Assembly: GCA_049472315.1 (NCBI GenBank)
Contig: JBLIRN010000030.1
Location: 1 to 37,713, forward strand
Origin: a bacterium
GTDB taxonomy: Bacteria > SZUA-182 > DTGQ01 > JAFGSM01
Length of the DNA stretch: 37,713 nt
Direction of reading: 5' to 3'
Shown: piece by piece, positions 10,237 to 19,711 of the stretch
Numbering within the stretch: position 1 is the stretch's first letter
Layout: each line of letters starts with the position of its first letter
The notes under the pieces: generated by a model
What the model was told of the DNA's origin: nothing
What the model saw: the letters and a program-made list of their open reading frames with translations, nothing else
The model's database searches: none
Made by a program: the position numbers and the translations under genes

Positions 10237-12161
10237 CGAAATCGGGCATAAAACACATCATCCTCGGCACGGCAGGGCACATTGACCACGGAAAGACCAC
10301 CCTCATCAAGGCCCTCACCGGCGTTGACTGCGACCGGCTCAAGGAGGAAAAGGAGCGGGGGATCACCATCGAACTCGGATTCACCTCCCTCGATCTTCCC
10401 GGCGGAATCAGGATCGGGATCATTGACGTTCCCGGCCATGAGCGGTTTGTACATCACATGGTGGCCGGCGTGGTGGGCATGGACTTGGTGCTCCTGGTCA
10501 TTGCCGCCGACGAGGGAATCATGCCCCAGACGCGCGAACATCTGGATATCTGCCGCCTGCTCGGGGTGGAACGGGGATTGACCGCCATCACCAAGGCGGA
10601 TTGTGTTGATGGGGAGTGGCTCGACCTGGTGAAGGAGGAGGTGGAAAACTATGTGCAGGGCTCCTTCCTGGCGAACAGCCCGGTTATCCCCGTGTCCTCC
10701 ACGACCGGTGAGGGATTGCCCAGCCTTCTTGATGCCCTCGGCGGCCTGGTGGGAACGCTTCCGGAACATACCGGGGAGGGTGCGTTTCGCCTTCCTGTGG
10801 ACAGGGTCTTTACCATGAAGGGATTCGGCACGGTAGTGACCGGCACCCTGGTCTCCGGAGGGGTGCGGGTCGGGGATACGGTGGAGGTGCTTCCCCGCCA
10901 GATCAAGGCGAGGGTACGGGGTATCCAGGTGCATAACGAGAAGGTGGACTATGCCCAGGCAGGGCAGCGCACCGCCCTCAACCTGCAAGGGGTGGAAAGG
11001 GAGGAACTGAGGAGGGGGGACGTCATCTGCGCGCCGGATCTCATGCATCCGGGGTATCTTCTGGACGTGCGGCTCACCCTTCTCGAGAATGCACCTCCCC
11101 TTAAGCACCGCACCCGTATCCGCTTTCACACCGGCACCGCGGAGGTATTCGGCAGGGTGGCCCTCCTGGACAGGGAGGAACTGGCGCCGGGTGACACCTG
11201 CATGCTTCAGATCAGGCTGGAGGAAAGGATCGCCGCCATGCCCAGGGACCGTTTTGTCATACGCAGGTATTCCCCCCTCCTGACGCTGGGGGGAGGGGAG
11301 ATCATCGACAGCCACCCTGAAAAGCACAAGCGATTCCGGCAGGAGATCATAGAGGACCTGGCGACCCTTTCCACGGCAACCGTCCCTGAGACGGTGGAAT
11401 TCCATATCCGCAAGGCGGGCGGCAGCGGAATGGACCTCAAGGCCCTGGCAGGCGTGACCAACCTGGACGCAGGGACCATTGCCAAGGCCCTGGCGTCTCT
11501 CCGTGAGGAGGACGCGATAATCCTCGTGGACGAGGCGAATCAGAGGTCGGTTCACACATCCTTCTATAACGGGTTCAGGGAAAGGATATGCGGTATTCTG
11601 CGGGAATTCCATGACCGTAATCCGCTCAAGGGGGGTATGTCCAAGGAGGAGCTCAAGGCGCGACTCTCCCCGGACATGGATGCCCGTCTCTATGGCAGGC
11701 TGCTCGACGACCTGGAGAGACAGGGAGAGATTCAGGTGCGTCAGGAGCACTGTTCCCTGGCTCAACATCAGGTGTCACTCTCGCCTGAAGAGCGCAGGGT
11801 CTACGATCGCATCCTCGTCCTGTTCAAAGAGGCGGGGATACAGCCCCCCGGAAGGAATGAGGCGCTGGAATCCCTGAAAAAGGATAGGAATGTCGCGGAA
11901 AGACTCATCGATCTCCTCATTGATGAGGGGAAGCTGGTGAGGTTGAAGGGTGATCTCCTGTTTCACCATGAAGCGATCGAGCATATCACGAAACAGGTCC
12001 AGGATTTTCTCAAGGACGGCACAAGGATGGATATCGGGGCCTTCAAGGAGATGACCGGGCTGTCCAGGAAATTTTCCGTTCCGCTTCTGGAATACCTGGA
12101 CGCCCGGGGTGTCACCATGCGGGTGGGGGATGCGCGGGTCCTGCGCAGGAAGGTCTCCTGA
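10233..12161 (+). CDS. selB: selenocysteine-specific elongation factor
   Basis: [32 protein letters not shown], and C-terminal winged-helix [16 protein letters not shown] start overlaps the selA TGA (GTGA). Confidence 0.96.
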
Positions 12162-12182
12162 TTCCCCCGGATAGGACGATAC

Positions 12183-13085
12183 GTGGATATTCGACAACTG
12201 GAGGTATTTTACCATGTGGCGCGGCTGAAGAGCTTCTCCAAGGCCGGTCGCGTGGTGGGACTGACCCAGCCCTCGGTGAGCGGGAGCGTCTCCTCGCTGG
12301 AGCAGGCCCTTGGGCTGAAGCTCTTTAACCGAATGGGGCGTGAGGTCTGTCTCACACAGCCGGGGAAGGTGCTCTTCCCCTATGCGCAGAAGATACTGGC
12401 CCTGCGCAGGGATGCGGTGCAGCAGCTCGAATCGCTGGGGAGGCTTGAGCAGGGTTCCCTGATGATCGGCGCGAGCAGCATCCCGGGTGAATACCTCCTT
12501 CCCCGGCTGATCCAGGGATTTTCCGCACGATATCCCGGGATATTCTGCACACTCAAGGTGTCCGACAGCCGGAAGGTGATGCAGGCCCTTCTGGATCACG
12601 AGGTGGAGATCGGGGTGGTCGGCACCAGAGGCGGCCCTCCAGGGATCCTGTTCGAGCCGCTCGTCGAGGACAGGATGGTGGTATGTTGCGCCGGCAATCA
12701 CCCGTGGGCCGGCCGGGATGCCGTCAGCCCCGAGGAACTCCTCACCCAGCCGTTCCTGATGCGGGAGGAAGGCTCGGGGACCAGGAGAGAAATTGAGATG
12801 CAGCTTTCTTCAGCACATATCGATGTCAAGGGGCTTCGGGTGGTTGCCGAGATGGGAAGCACCGAGGCCATAAAACAGGCGGTCAAGGCAGGATATGGGA
12901 TAACGATCCTTTCGGAGATTTCGGTGAGGGACCTGGAGGCGGCGGGGACGGTCAGATCCCTGCATATACAAGGGATCCCTTTGGTACGGCATTTTTTCAT
13001 CGCCGAACTCAAGGCCCGGATTCCATCGCCGGCCCACAGATACTTTAAACAAGAGATGCTCAAACGAAATGGGGTCAGGTCTTGA
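12183..13085 (+). CDS. LysR-family regulator (CysL / selenium-metabolism-associated type)
   Basis: N-terminal HTH SFSKAG...LTQPSVS..V..LE; IGASSIPGEYLLP, REEGSGTR and STEAIKQAV motifs; lies 21 nt after selB. Confidence 0.9.
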   Translation: MDIRQLEVFYHVARLKSFSKAGRVVGLTQPSVSGSVSSLEQALGLKLFNRMGREVCLTQPGKVLFPYAQKILALRRDAVQQLESLGRLEQGSLMIGASSIPGEYLLPRLIQGFSARYPGIFCTLKVSDSRKVMQALLDHEVEIGVVGTRGGPPGILFEPLVEDRMVVCCAGNHPWAGRDAVSPEELLTQPFLMREEGSGTRREIEMQLSSAHIDVKGLRVVAEMGSTEAIKQAVKAGYGITILSEISVRDLEAAGTVRSLHIQGIPLVRHFFIAELKARIPSPAHRYFKQEMLKRNGVRS

Positions 13086-13192
13086 ATTGACAGTTTTTGG
13101 AACAAACGCTCATGCCAATTTATGGCGCCACGAAGTATGAAAATTTGATTTTATTTTCGGAAGAAAAACTGTCAATTCAAGACCTGACCCCA
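13070..13192. repeat. 123-bp element with perfect 29-bp terminal inverted repeats (REP-doublet or MITE-like)
   Basis: TGGGGTCAGGTCTTGAATTGACAGTTTTT (13070-13098) and its exact reverse complement (13164-13192) around a 65-bp AT-rich spacer. Confidence 0.9.
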
Positions 13193-13213
13193 AAACCAAC
13201 AAGGAGTGTATCA

Positions 13214-15010
13214 ATGCGTCATGCTGATTTGGTTCTGCTTCATCCTCCCAGCATATACGATTTCAGGAAGAGATCCATCATGTTCGGTCCGGTGAGCGAC
13301 CTTATCCCGTCAACCCCCATATTCGAGATGTATCCCATAGGATTTGTCGTGCTCTCGGAGTACCTCGGACGGCACGGCTACCAGGTCAGGATCATCAATG
13401 TCGCACTCAAGATGCTCAAGAGCAAACGGTATGATCCGGAAAGAGAGATACAGGGACTGAATCCCCTGGCCTTCGGCATCGATCTCCACTGGATGCCCCA
13501 CTGTCACGGCAGCATCGAGCTGGCCAGGATCTGCAAGCGGTATCATCCGGATACACCGGTCATCTTCGGGGGATTGTCCTCCACCTATTTTCACCAGGAT
13601 CTGATCGACCATTATCCTGAGATCGACTACGTGCTCAGGGGGGATTCGACGGAGAAACCCCTCGTGCAGTTGATGGACCACATACGAACCGGGGAGGGGG
13701 ACCCTGCCGGGATCCCGAACCTCACATGGAGGGATGATACGGGCGCCGCCAGGATCAATCCCATCACCAACGTGCTGCCCGACCTGAACGGCTTTATCGT
13801 GGATTTTTCGCATGTCATGAAGAAGGTCATGCGCTATCGGGATCTGAAGGGGTACATTCCCTATGCAAACTGGCTGGAATACCCGGCGACTGCGGTGCTC
13901 AACGTGCGTGGATGCACCCAGAACTGCAAGATCTGCGGGGGCTCCTCGTACTTTTTCAAGAAGGCGGCAAACCGGCACCGGCCTGCCTTCCGCGATCCCG
14001 AATTGCTCGCCGATGAGATCGGAACGATCTCGAGAAACCTCAACACACCGATCATGATCATCGGGGATATCATGCAGGCGGGCAGGGAGTATGCCGTCAG
14101 GCTCCTTGCGGCATTGAAGCGGAAGGGAATCAAGAATCCGACCGGGTTCGAATTCTTCGCCCCCCCTCCCGACGATATCCTGGAGATGATCGCCGATGCG
14201 CTGCCCCGGTTCAATATCGAGATGTCCCCGGAATCACACGACGAGTCGATACGAAGGGCGTTCGGGAGGCCATACGGCAACGAGGACCTGGAGAGGATGC
14301 TGGACACCGGCCTGAGGCTTGGGTGCGAGCGCATCGACCTGTTCTTCATCATCGGCGTACCCAAGCAGGATTCCCAATCGGTCAAGGGTACGGTTGAATA
14401 CTGCAGGAGGCTCTATCAGAGGTTCGGCCATACAAAGAGGCTCCTCCTGTTCATCTCCCCCTATGCCCCGTTCATAGACCCGGGAAGCGAGGCCTACGAA
14501 AATCCCGACCGGTTCGGATACAAGATTCATTGCACCACGGTCGAGGAACACCGCAAGGCCATGGAGCAACCCAGTTGGAAGCACATCCTGAGCTACGAGA
14601 CCGAATGGATGACCAGGGACGAGATCGTGGATCGTTCCTATGAGGCGGCCATCGAGCTGAATCGCATGAGGATGGAATTCGGCCTGGCGGGCAGGCGCAG
14701 GGTAGTGCGCACCGAGCAGAGGATCATGCAGGCATGGGATACGGTCAGGGAGATCGACCGGATCATGGCAATCGCTGATGAAGGGGAACGGGAGCGAGAG
14801 CTTGCCAGCCTGCAGGCGAAGGCATACAAGCTCAGCGAAAACACCATTTGTGAAAAGAAGGACCTGGAGTGGCCGGTCAGGTTCATCCGCATGCGGGTGG
14901 GATGGATCATTCGGAACTGGTGGCACATCGAGGTGGTGCATCGCTTTCAGGAGTTAATGGCCCGTCTCAGGAGGAAACCGGCTCACGTGAGCCATCTGGA
15001 AGGGAAATAG
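13214..15010 (+). CDS. B12-binding domain / radical SAM protein (resembles the Ta0216-type family)
   Basis: N-terminal DLVLLHPPSIYDFR...FEMYPIG cobalamin-binding-like domain with IDLHW and VIFGGLS; CxxxCxxC in RGCTQNCKICGG; AAGGAG RBS before ATG 13214. Confidence 0.85.
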   Translation: MRHADLVLLHPPSIYDFRKRSIMFGPVSDLIPSTPIFEMYPIGFVVLSEYLGRHGYQVRIINVALKMLKSKRYDPEREIQGLNPLAFGIDLHWMPHCHGSIELARICKRYHPDTPVIFGGLSSTYFHQDLIDHYPEIDYVLRGDSTEKPLVQLMDHIRTGEGDPAGIPNLTWRDDTGAARINPITNVLPDLNGFIVDFSHVMKKVMRYRDLKGYIPYANWLEYPATAVLNVRGCTQNCKICGGSSYFFKKAANRHRPAFRDPELLADEIGTISRNLNTPIMIIGDIMQAGREYAVRLLAALKRKGIKNPTGFEFFAPPPDDILEMIADALPRFNIEMSPESHDESIRRAFGRPYGNEDLERMLDTGLRLGCERIDLFFIIGVPKQDSQSVKGTVEYCRRLYQRFGHTKRLLLFISPYAPFIDPGSEAYENPDRFGYKIHCTTVEEHRKAMEQPSWKHILSYETEWMTRDEIVDRSYEAAIELNRMRMEFGLAGRRRVVRTEQRIMQAWDTVREIDRIMAIADEGERERELASLQAKAYKLSENTICEKKDLEWPVRFIRMRVGWIIRNWWHIEVVHRFQELMARLRRKPAHVSHLEGK

Positions 15011-15014
15011 GGAT

Positions 15015-16322
15015 CTATTTCAGGTCTGAATCAATCTCCAGCTCGAGTTGCATGACCCATCGCTTGTAGAGCAGGGATGCGATGATAACGAGCAGGATCA
15101 TAAGGGTGGCGAAGAGGCCCTTCTTGCGGATGATGAATTCCTCCTGCCGTGCCTCGATGGAGCCCTCCACCGTATTGGCGATGGTCATGACCTCGTTCAT
15201 GTATTTGTTGACCTCTTCCATGTTCAAGGTATGACTCACCGGTATGGCCTCCAGGATCAGGCGGCGTGCCTGCTCGAGCTGGTCCTTCTCATCCAGGACG
15301 TCCAGCCCGGGATTTATTTCGATGACCACCGCCTTTTCCCATACCTCTTCCACACGCTGCTCACCGTTGACAAAGGCGGTCTTCATCTCCTGCCCCATGC
15401 TGTAATCCTTGTGATTTATGTTATGGCAGTAGCCGCAGTGGTACAGCTCCGCACCGTCGTACAGGGCCTTGGTGGGATAGAGTATGTCATGATATGCGTG
15501 GCAGTCGATGCATCGAGGGGTGCCGATACTGACCAGGGCCTCATAGTGCCCGCTCTTTTCAAAGTATGCCTGGGTGGAGGAGTGACAGTTGCCGCATACG
15601 TTGGCGACCTCCTCTACCCCGGCGGGGGTTGCGCCGTGGATGCCGTGGCATTCCGGACACGAGGGCACCAGGGCCGGGTTTTTGTCGGGGATCTGGTTGT
15701 AGAGTATCTGACCGTGATAGCTGATCTTGTAGAGCTTGAGCTGGTCGGTGCGCAGGTTATACTGCTTCATGCGATCCGCATCCGAGTGGCAGGTGGCACA
15801 GGTCTCTGCAACCGTCAGGTGATTGGCAAGGGAGTCGATATCGGTATATCGCTTGATCTCATGCCTTCCATGGCAATCCGTGCAGGTGGCCACGTTTTCG
15901 TCCCCCTTCTCATACAGGCGACGGCCGTGGACACTGGTCTTATAGAGGGAGAGCTGATCCGTCCTCTTGTTGAACTGCCGCATCCAGGTCGGATTTGAGT
16001 GACACTCCGCACAGAACGCCGGGATCTGGGCCCGCGATGGCGCGCCTCTGAATCCCGTATCCTTTGCCTTTGGACGGTTAAAGGAGGTGGGATCCCCACC
16101 GTGGCATCCGGAGCAGGTGACGTTGCTCTCGCCATGCACGCTCATCCGCCATTGTTCCACCCATTCCGCAGCCTTTTTTCCCATTTGGTTGTGACATATG
16201 TAGCAGGTATTGGATGATTGTTTTCGCTCCCTCGCCCGCGCGGGGGATGGACGGACCATGCAAGCGACGCCGTGGAGAATGAGGGCGCCGAGAATCGTTA
16301 TCAGGTATGCGCGTCTTGTCAT
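15015..16322 (-). CDS. membrane-anchored nonaheme cytochrome c
   Basis: Nine CxxCH motifs (CYICH, CSGCH, CAECH, CTDCH, CATCH, CPECH, CGNCH, CIDCH, CGYCH); N-terminal signal peptide; C-terminal helical stalk and TM helix. Confidence 0.92.
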   Translation of the reverse strand: MTRRAYLITILGALILHGVACMVRPSPARARERKQSSNTCYICHNQMGKKAAEWVEQWRMSVHGESNVTCSGCHGGDPTSFNRPKAKDTGFRGAPSRAQIPAFCAECHSNPTWMRQFNKRTDQLSLYKTSVHGRRLYEKGDENVATCTDCHGRHEIKRYTDIDSLANHLTVAETCATCHSDADRMKQYNLRTDQLKLYKISYHGQILYNQIPDKNPALVPSCPECHGIHGATPAGVEEVANVCGNCHSSTQAYFEKSGHYEALVSIGTPRCIDCHAYHDILYPTKALYDGAELYHCGYCHNINHKDYSMGQEMKTAFVNGEQRVEEVWEKAVVIEINPGLDVLDEKDQLEQARRLILEAIPVSHTLNMEEVNKYMNEVMTIANTVEGSIEARQEEFIIRKKGLFATLMILLVIIASLLYKRWVMQLELEIDSDLK

Positions 16323-16334
16323 GGCACCCGCCGC

Positions 16335-17438
16335 CTAAATGTATTTGCCCATAATGGTGAGAATAATGAATCCCACCACGGTTATCATGCCGAGTATAAT
16401 CGAAAGCGGTCGTCTCTTGGGGCTCCGTATCTTTGATGTATCCATGAAGGGGATCAGAAACAGCATGATGATGATCACGAGCTGGATAAAGATGCCGAGC
16501 GCCTTCGGTGCCCATCCCCCCAGGAATTCCAATTTCCCAGCAATGGCGAGAATGGCGCATGAGGCCAGAAAATACCACTCCGGCTTCACATGGGCGGGTG
16601 TATTGAAGGGATCCGCCTTTGTGTGGATGGGAGCGGGAAAGAGCGTCGCCAGTGACAGGAGCAGTCCGAACATGACCAGCATGACGATAACGTGCGCAAG
16701 GATATCCTTCGGTATGAGATATTTTCTGATGGTAAAGAGGTGAAAAAAGGTCAGGATGGCAACCAGCATGGGGATCACCACCACATGGAGCGCGTAGAAC
16801 CGGGTGAGGGTCACCTGGGACACGTCCTCTCCCCCCCGGACGATCAGCTTCAGATATCTGCCTATCCCGGGTATCACTGCAACGGATTCGGTGACGATCG
16901 TGGTCGCCCAGTACGAGATCTGGTTCCATGGCAGTAGATATCCGGTAAGACCGAACAGAAGGGTGAGAATGAACAGCGCCACCCCGGAGATCCAGGCAAG
17001 CTCACGCGGTGCCTTGTATCCCCCGTATACAAAGGTTTGTATCATATGCAGAAACACAAACAGGATCATGAGGTGCGAGCCCCAGAAATGGACCCCGCGT
17101 ATGAGCCAGCCGAAATGGATGTTGTTGGTGATGTAGCGGACATTTATATATGCCTCGGCCACCGTGGGATGATAATAGAGCATCAGCAGAATCCCTGATA
17201 TGATTTCGCAGATGAACAGAAAGAGGATGATCCATCCCGGCAGCGTGCTGAAATGGATTTTTTTCTTGGGGATTACATTTCGTTTGATATGGTGCGTAAG
17301 ATCGGAAAGCCCAAGTCGCTGATCGATGACATCCGCATAAAAACCCTCTGCGGTGAACCATCTTTTGAGCTCGCCCATCCCCTTGAGCTTATGTTTTTTC
17401 GTGTCCGTGTCTTTTGTTTGCTGTGGCTGCACTGACAT
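16335..17438 (-). CDS. petB: cytochrome b of a Rieske/cytochrome b complex
   Basis: Heme-ligating His pairs (RGVHFWGSHLMILFVFLH and RFYALH...FFHL), TGYLLPWNQISYWA, and Qo-site KPEWYF. Confidence 0.92.
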   Translation of the reverse strand: MSVQPQQTKDTDTKKHKLKGMGELKRWFTAEGFYADVIDQRLGLSDLTHHIKRNVIPKKKIHFSTLPGWIILFLFICEIISGILLMLYYHPTVAEAYINVRYITNNIHFGWLIRGVHFWGSHLMILFVFLHMIQTFVYGGYKAPRELAWISGVALFILTLLFGLTGYLLPWNQISYWATTIVTESVAVIPGIGRYLKLIVRGGEDVSQVTLTRFYALHVVVIPMLVAILTFFHLFTIRKYLIPKDILAHVIVMLVMFGLLLSLATLFPAPIHTKADPFNTPAHVKPEWYFLASCAILAIAGKLEFLGGWAPKALGIFIQLVIIIMLFLIPFMDTSKIRSPKRRPLSIILGMITVVGFIILTIMGKYI

Positions 17439-17440
17439 GG

Positions 17441-17890
17441 TTAGACCTCTTCAATATTGACCTGATCTTTGACCAACGTGGTCTTTAAGGTGAAGAGCGG
17501 CTTGGGAGCGGGTCCCGATTTTACATTGCCGTTGATATCGTATTTTGCCATATGGCAGGGGCAGAAGAGCTCCTCCTTGTTTGAATCCCATTTCACGATA
17601 CACCCAAGGTGGGTGCAGATCGCCGAGAGGGCATGGATTTCGTTCCCCTTGTTGACAATAATGATGGGATGACCCTTGTATTTGGTGATCATGGATTTTC
17701 CACAAGGGATTTGGACAAGGGGGATGGAAAGGATATTGGGATCGATGGATGACCTGGTGGGTGGAATGAGAAATTTGATGACTGGATAAAAAAACCACCC
17801 AAAAAGCGCCAGAAGTATGGTAGTGATTGAAAAATTGAGAAAAAACCTTCGTGTTGCAGCAAGCTTTTCCTTTACATCCCTGCTTGACAT
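17441..17890 (-). CDS. Rieske [2Fe-2S] subunit
   Basis: Tat-like RRFFL followed by a TM helix; CTHLGC and CPCH boxes; GPAPKPL. Confidence 0.93.
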   Translation of the reverse strand: MSSRDVKEKLAATRRFFLNFSITTILLALFGWFFYPVIKFLIPPTRSSIDPNILSIPLVQIPCGKSMITKYKGHPIIIVNKGNEIHALSAICTHLGCIVKWDSNKEELFCPCHMAKYDINGNVKSGPAPKPLFTLKTTLVKDQVNIEEV

Positions 17891-17966
17891 CGTTCTCCTC
17901 AGCGGTTACGTTGTCAACCATACGTACCATTCACCTGTGAATGTGCACACCCCTGTGCTATTGTTT

Positions 17967-17995
17967 ATATCGGTAGCATCGGATAAAAACTTTTA
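17967..17995 (-). promoter_or_regulatory. possible sigma28 (FliA)-type promoter upstream of the Rieske gene, overlapped by a 9-bp inverted repeat
   Basis: Minus strand reads TAAAAGTTT-N12-ACCGATAT versus consensus TAAAGTTT-N11-GCCGATAA. Inverted repeat CGGATAAAA-ac-TTTTATCCG at 17980-17999. Confidence 0.45.
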
Positions 17996-18471
17996 TCCGT
18001 GCGAGACGGGATTGTGCAACAAAACGAGGCGAGCTTGCAGGATTGCAGAGGCCTTCCGTGTCGCAGGGTAAACCTGTGGGCCTATGCTTCCGGCCTGATG
18101 ATTCGAAGTGGTAATTGCTGACCTCTTTTATATAGAGGTTTTATATAGAGTTTTCATGATGATCAACCTGTGCGGTTTGACCGATAATGAAAAAAAGGTC
18201 TTTGCCACAAGGGGTGCATCCGTGCTGGTGTCTGGTACACTGCACAGTCGATGCATGCCGTCCGTGATCTTTTACAGCGATACCGCTTGAATGCGCAGGA
18301 GGCCGCACCAGGTGGCTCCTGTGTACAGGGGAAAGGCACACTGCCCCATCATGTCGCATGGATTCTGACGTGGGCTGTCCATCCGCGGTGAGCGGGTGCC
18401 TGCCTCCGTGAGCACCATAGACAAGGTTTTATTCAGCACGGGATACATCGTTCGGAGCGAGGGAGGGAACA

Positions 18472-19548
18472 ATGGCCAAGATAGACGCGTTTTTTAAACT
18501 GATGAGGGAGCAGGGGGCTTCGGATCTTCACCTGATCGCCGGTTCCCAGCCCATCTTAAGGGTACTGGGATCGCTGGAGCGGGTCAAATACGATACCATG
18601 GACAACGACAAGCTCAGGGGCATGCTCTATGAAATCGCCCCTGAAGACAAGGTCAAGATATTTGAAGAGACTGGCGATGTGGATTTTGCATACGAACTGC
18701 CGGGTGTCGCCCGATACAGGGCGAATTTCTTCATGCAGCGCAACGGGGTGGGTGCCGTTTTCAGGGAGATACCTGAGACCATCATGAGCATTGATGACCT
18801 CGCCCTGCCTCCGGTTCTCAGGAAGCTGGCCATGCTTCCCCAGGGGCTTGTCCTGGTGACCGGGCCCACGGGGAGCGGTAAATCGACGACCCTTGCCGCG
18901 GTCATCGATCATGCCAACCGAAACCGGCGGGAACATATCATCACCATCGAAGACCCGATCGAATTCGTGCATGAACACAAGGGATGCATCATCAATCACC
19001 GTGAGCTGGGGACCCATACCAAGTCCTTCAGCGCCGCCCTCAGGGGGGCCCTGCGTGAGGACCCCGATATCATCCTGGTCGGTGAGATGAGGGATCTGGA
19101 AACCATCAGCCTGGCGCTGGAGGCGGCCAATACGGGGCACCTCGTATTCTCCACCCTTCACACCCAGAACGCGTCCAAGACCGTGGATAGGGTGATCGAC
19201 GTGTTTCCCTCCCACCAGCAGGAACAGGTGAGGACCACCCTTTCAGAGTGTCTGAAGGCGGTTGTTGCCCAGACGCTTTTCAAGAGGGTGGACATCAGGG
19301 GGAGGATAGCCGCGCTCGAGATCCTTATCTGTACCTATGCGGTGGGGAATCTCATCCGCGAGGGGAAGACCTTTCAGCTTCCCTCCGTGATGCAGACAGG
19401 GAAACAGTATGGCATGCAGATCATGGATGATGCCATCATGGGCTTCCTGCAGAAGCGGATGATCAGCCCCACAGAGGCATACACCAAGTGCCTCGACAAG
19501 CAAAAGTTCGTCCCGTTCCTGAACAGGGCGCCGGACGTGCTGATCTAA
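18472..19548 (+). CDS. pilT: type IV pilus retraction ATPase PilT
   Basis: GASDLH, Walker A GPTGSGKST, TIEDPIE, LREDPDIILVGEMRD, TGHLVFSTLHT, and AVGNLIRE (AIRNLIRE-like). Confidence 0.93.
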   Translation: MAKIDAFFKLMREQGASDLHLIAGSQPILRVLGSLERVKYDTMDNDKLRGMLYEIAPEDKVKIFEETGDVDFAYELPGVARYRANFFMQRNGVGAVFREIPETIMSIDDLALPPVLRKLAMLPQGLVLVTGPTGSGKSTTLAAVIDHANRNRREHIITIEDPIEFVHEHKGCIINHRELGTHTKSFSAALRGALREDPDIILVGEMRDLETISLALEAANTGHLVFSTLHTQNASKTVDRVIDVFPSHQQEQVRTTLSECLKAVVAQTLFKRVDIRGRIAALEILICTYAVGNLIREGKTFQLPSVMQTGKQYGMQIMDDAIMGFLQKRMISPTEAYTKCLDKQKFVPFLNRAPDVLI

Positions 19549-19711
19549 GCGGCATGGAGAAGACGGGCGCATGAGCATTGCGGCAGAAAGAAGGAGACGT
19601 GATATACTATGTATAGAGAGGATGCAATTACAGAAGGGTAACTGTCATCACAACCACTCCGGGTGCCCGTGGGCATTCCCATCGGCGCATCCGCACAAAA
19701 AAGGGTAAGCA

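Noticed and set aside
13097..13213. Extended N-terminus of the radical SAM ORF (and 8545-8751 for selA)
   Set aside because: The extensions run through the repeat element or promoter DNA; better starts are ATG 13214 (AAGGAG RBS) and ATG 8752.
19660..19702. GC-rich hairpin between the two pilT genes as a terminator
   Set aside because: It is followed by an A run rather than a U tract on the coding strand; at most a stability or processing element.
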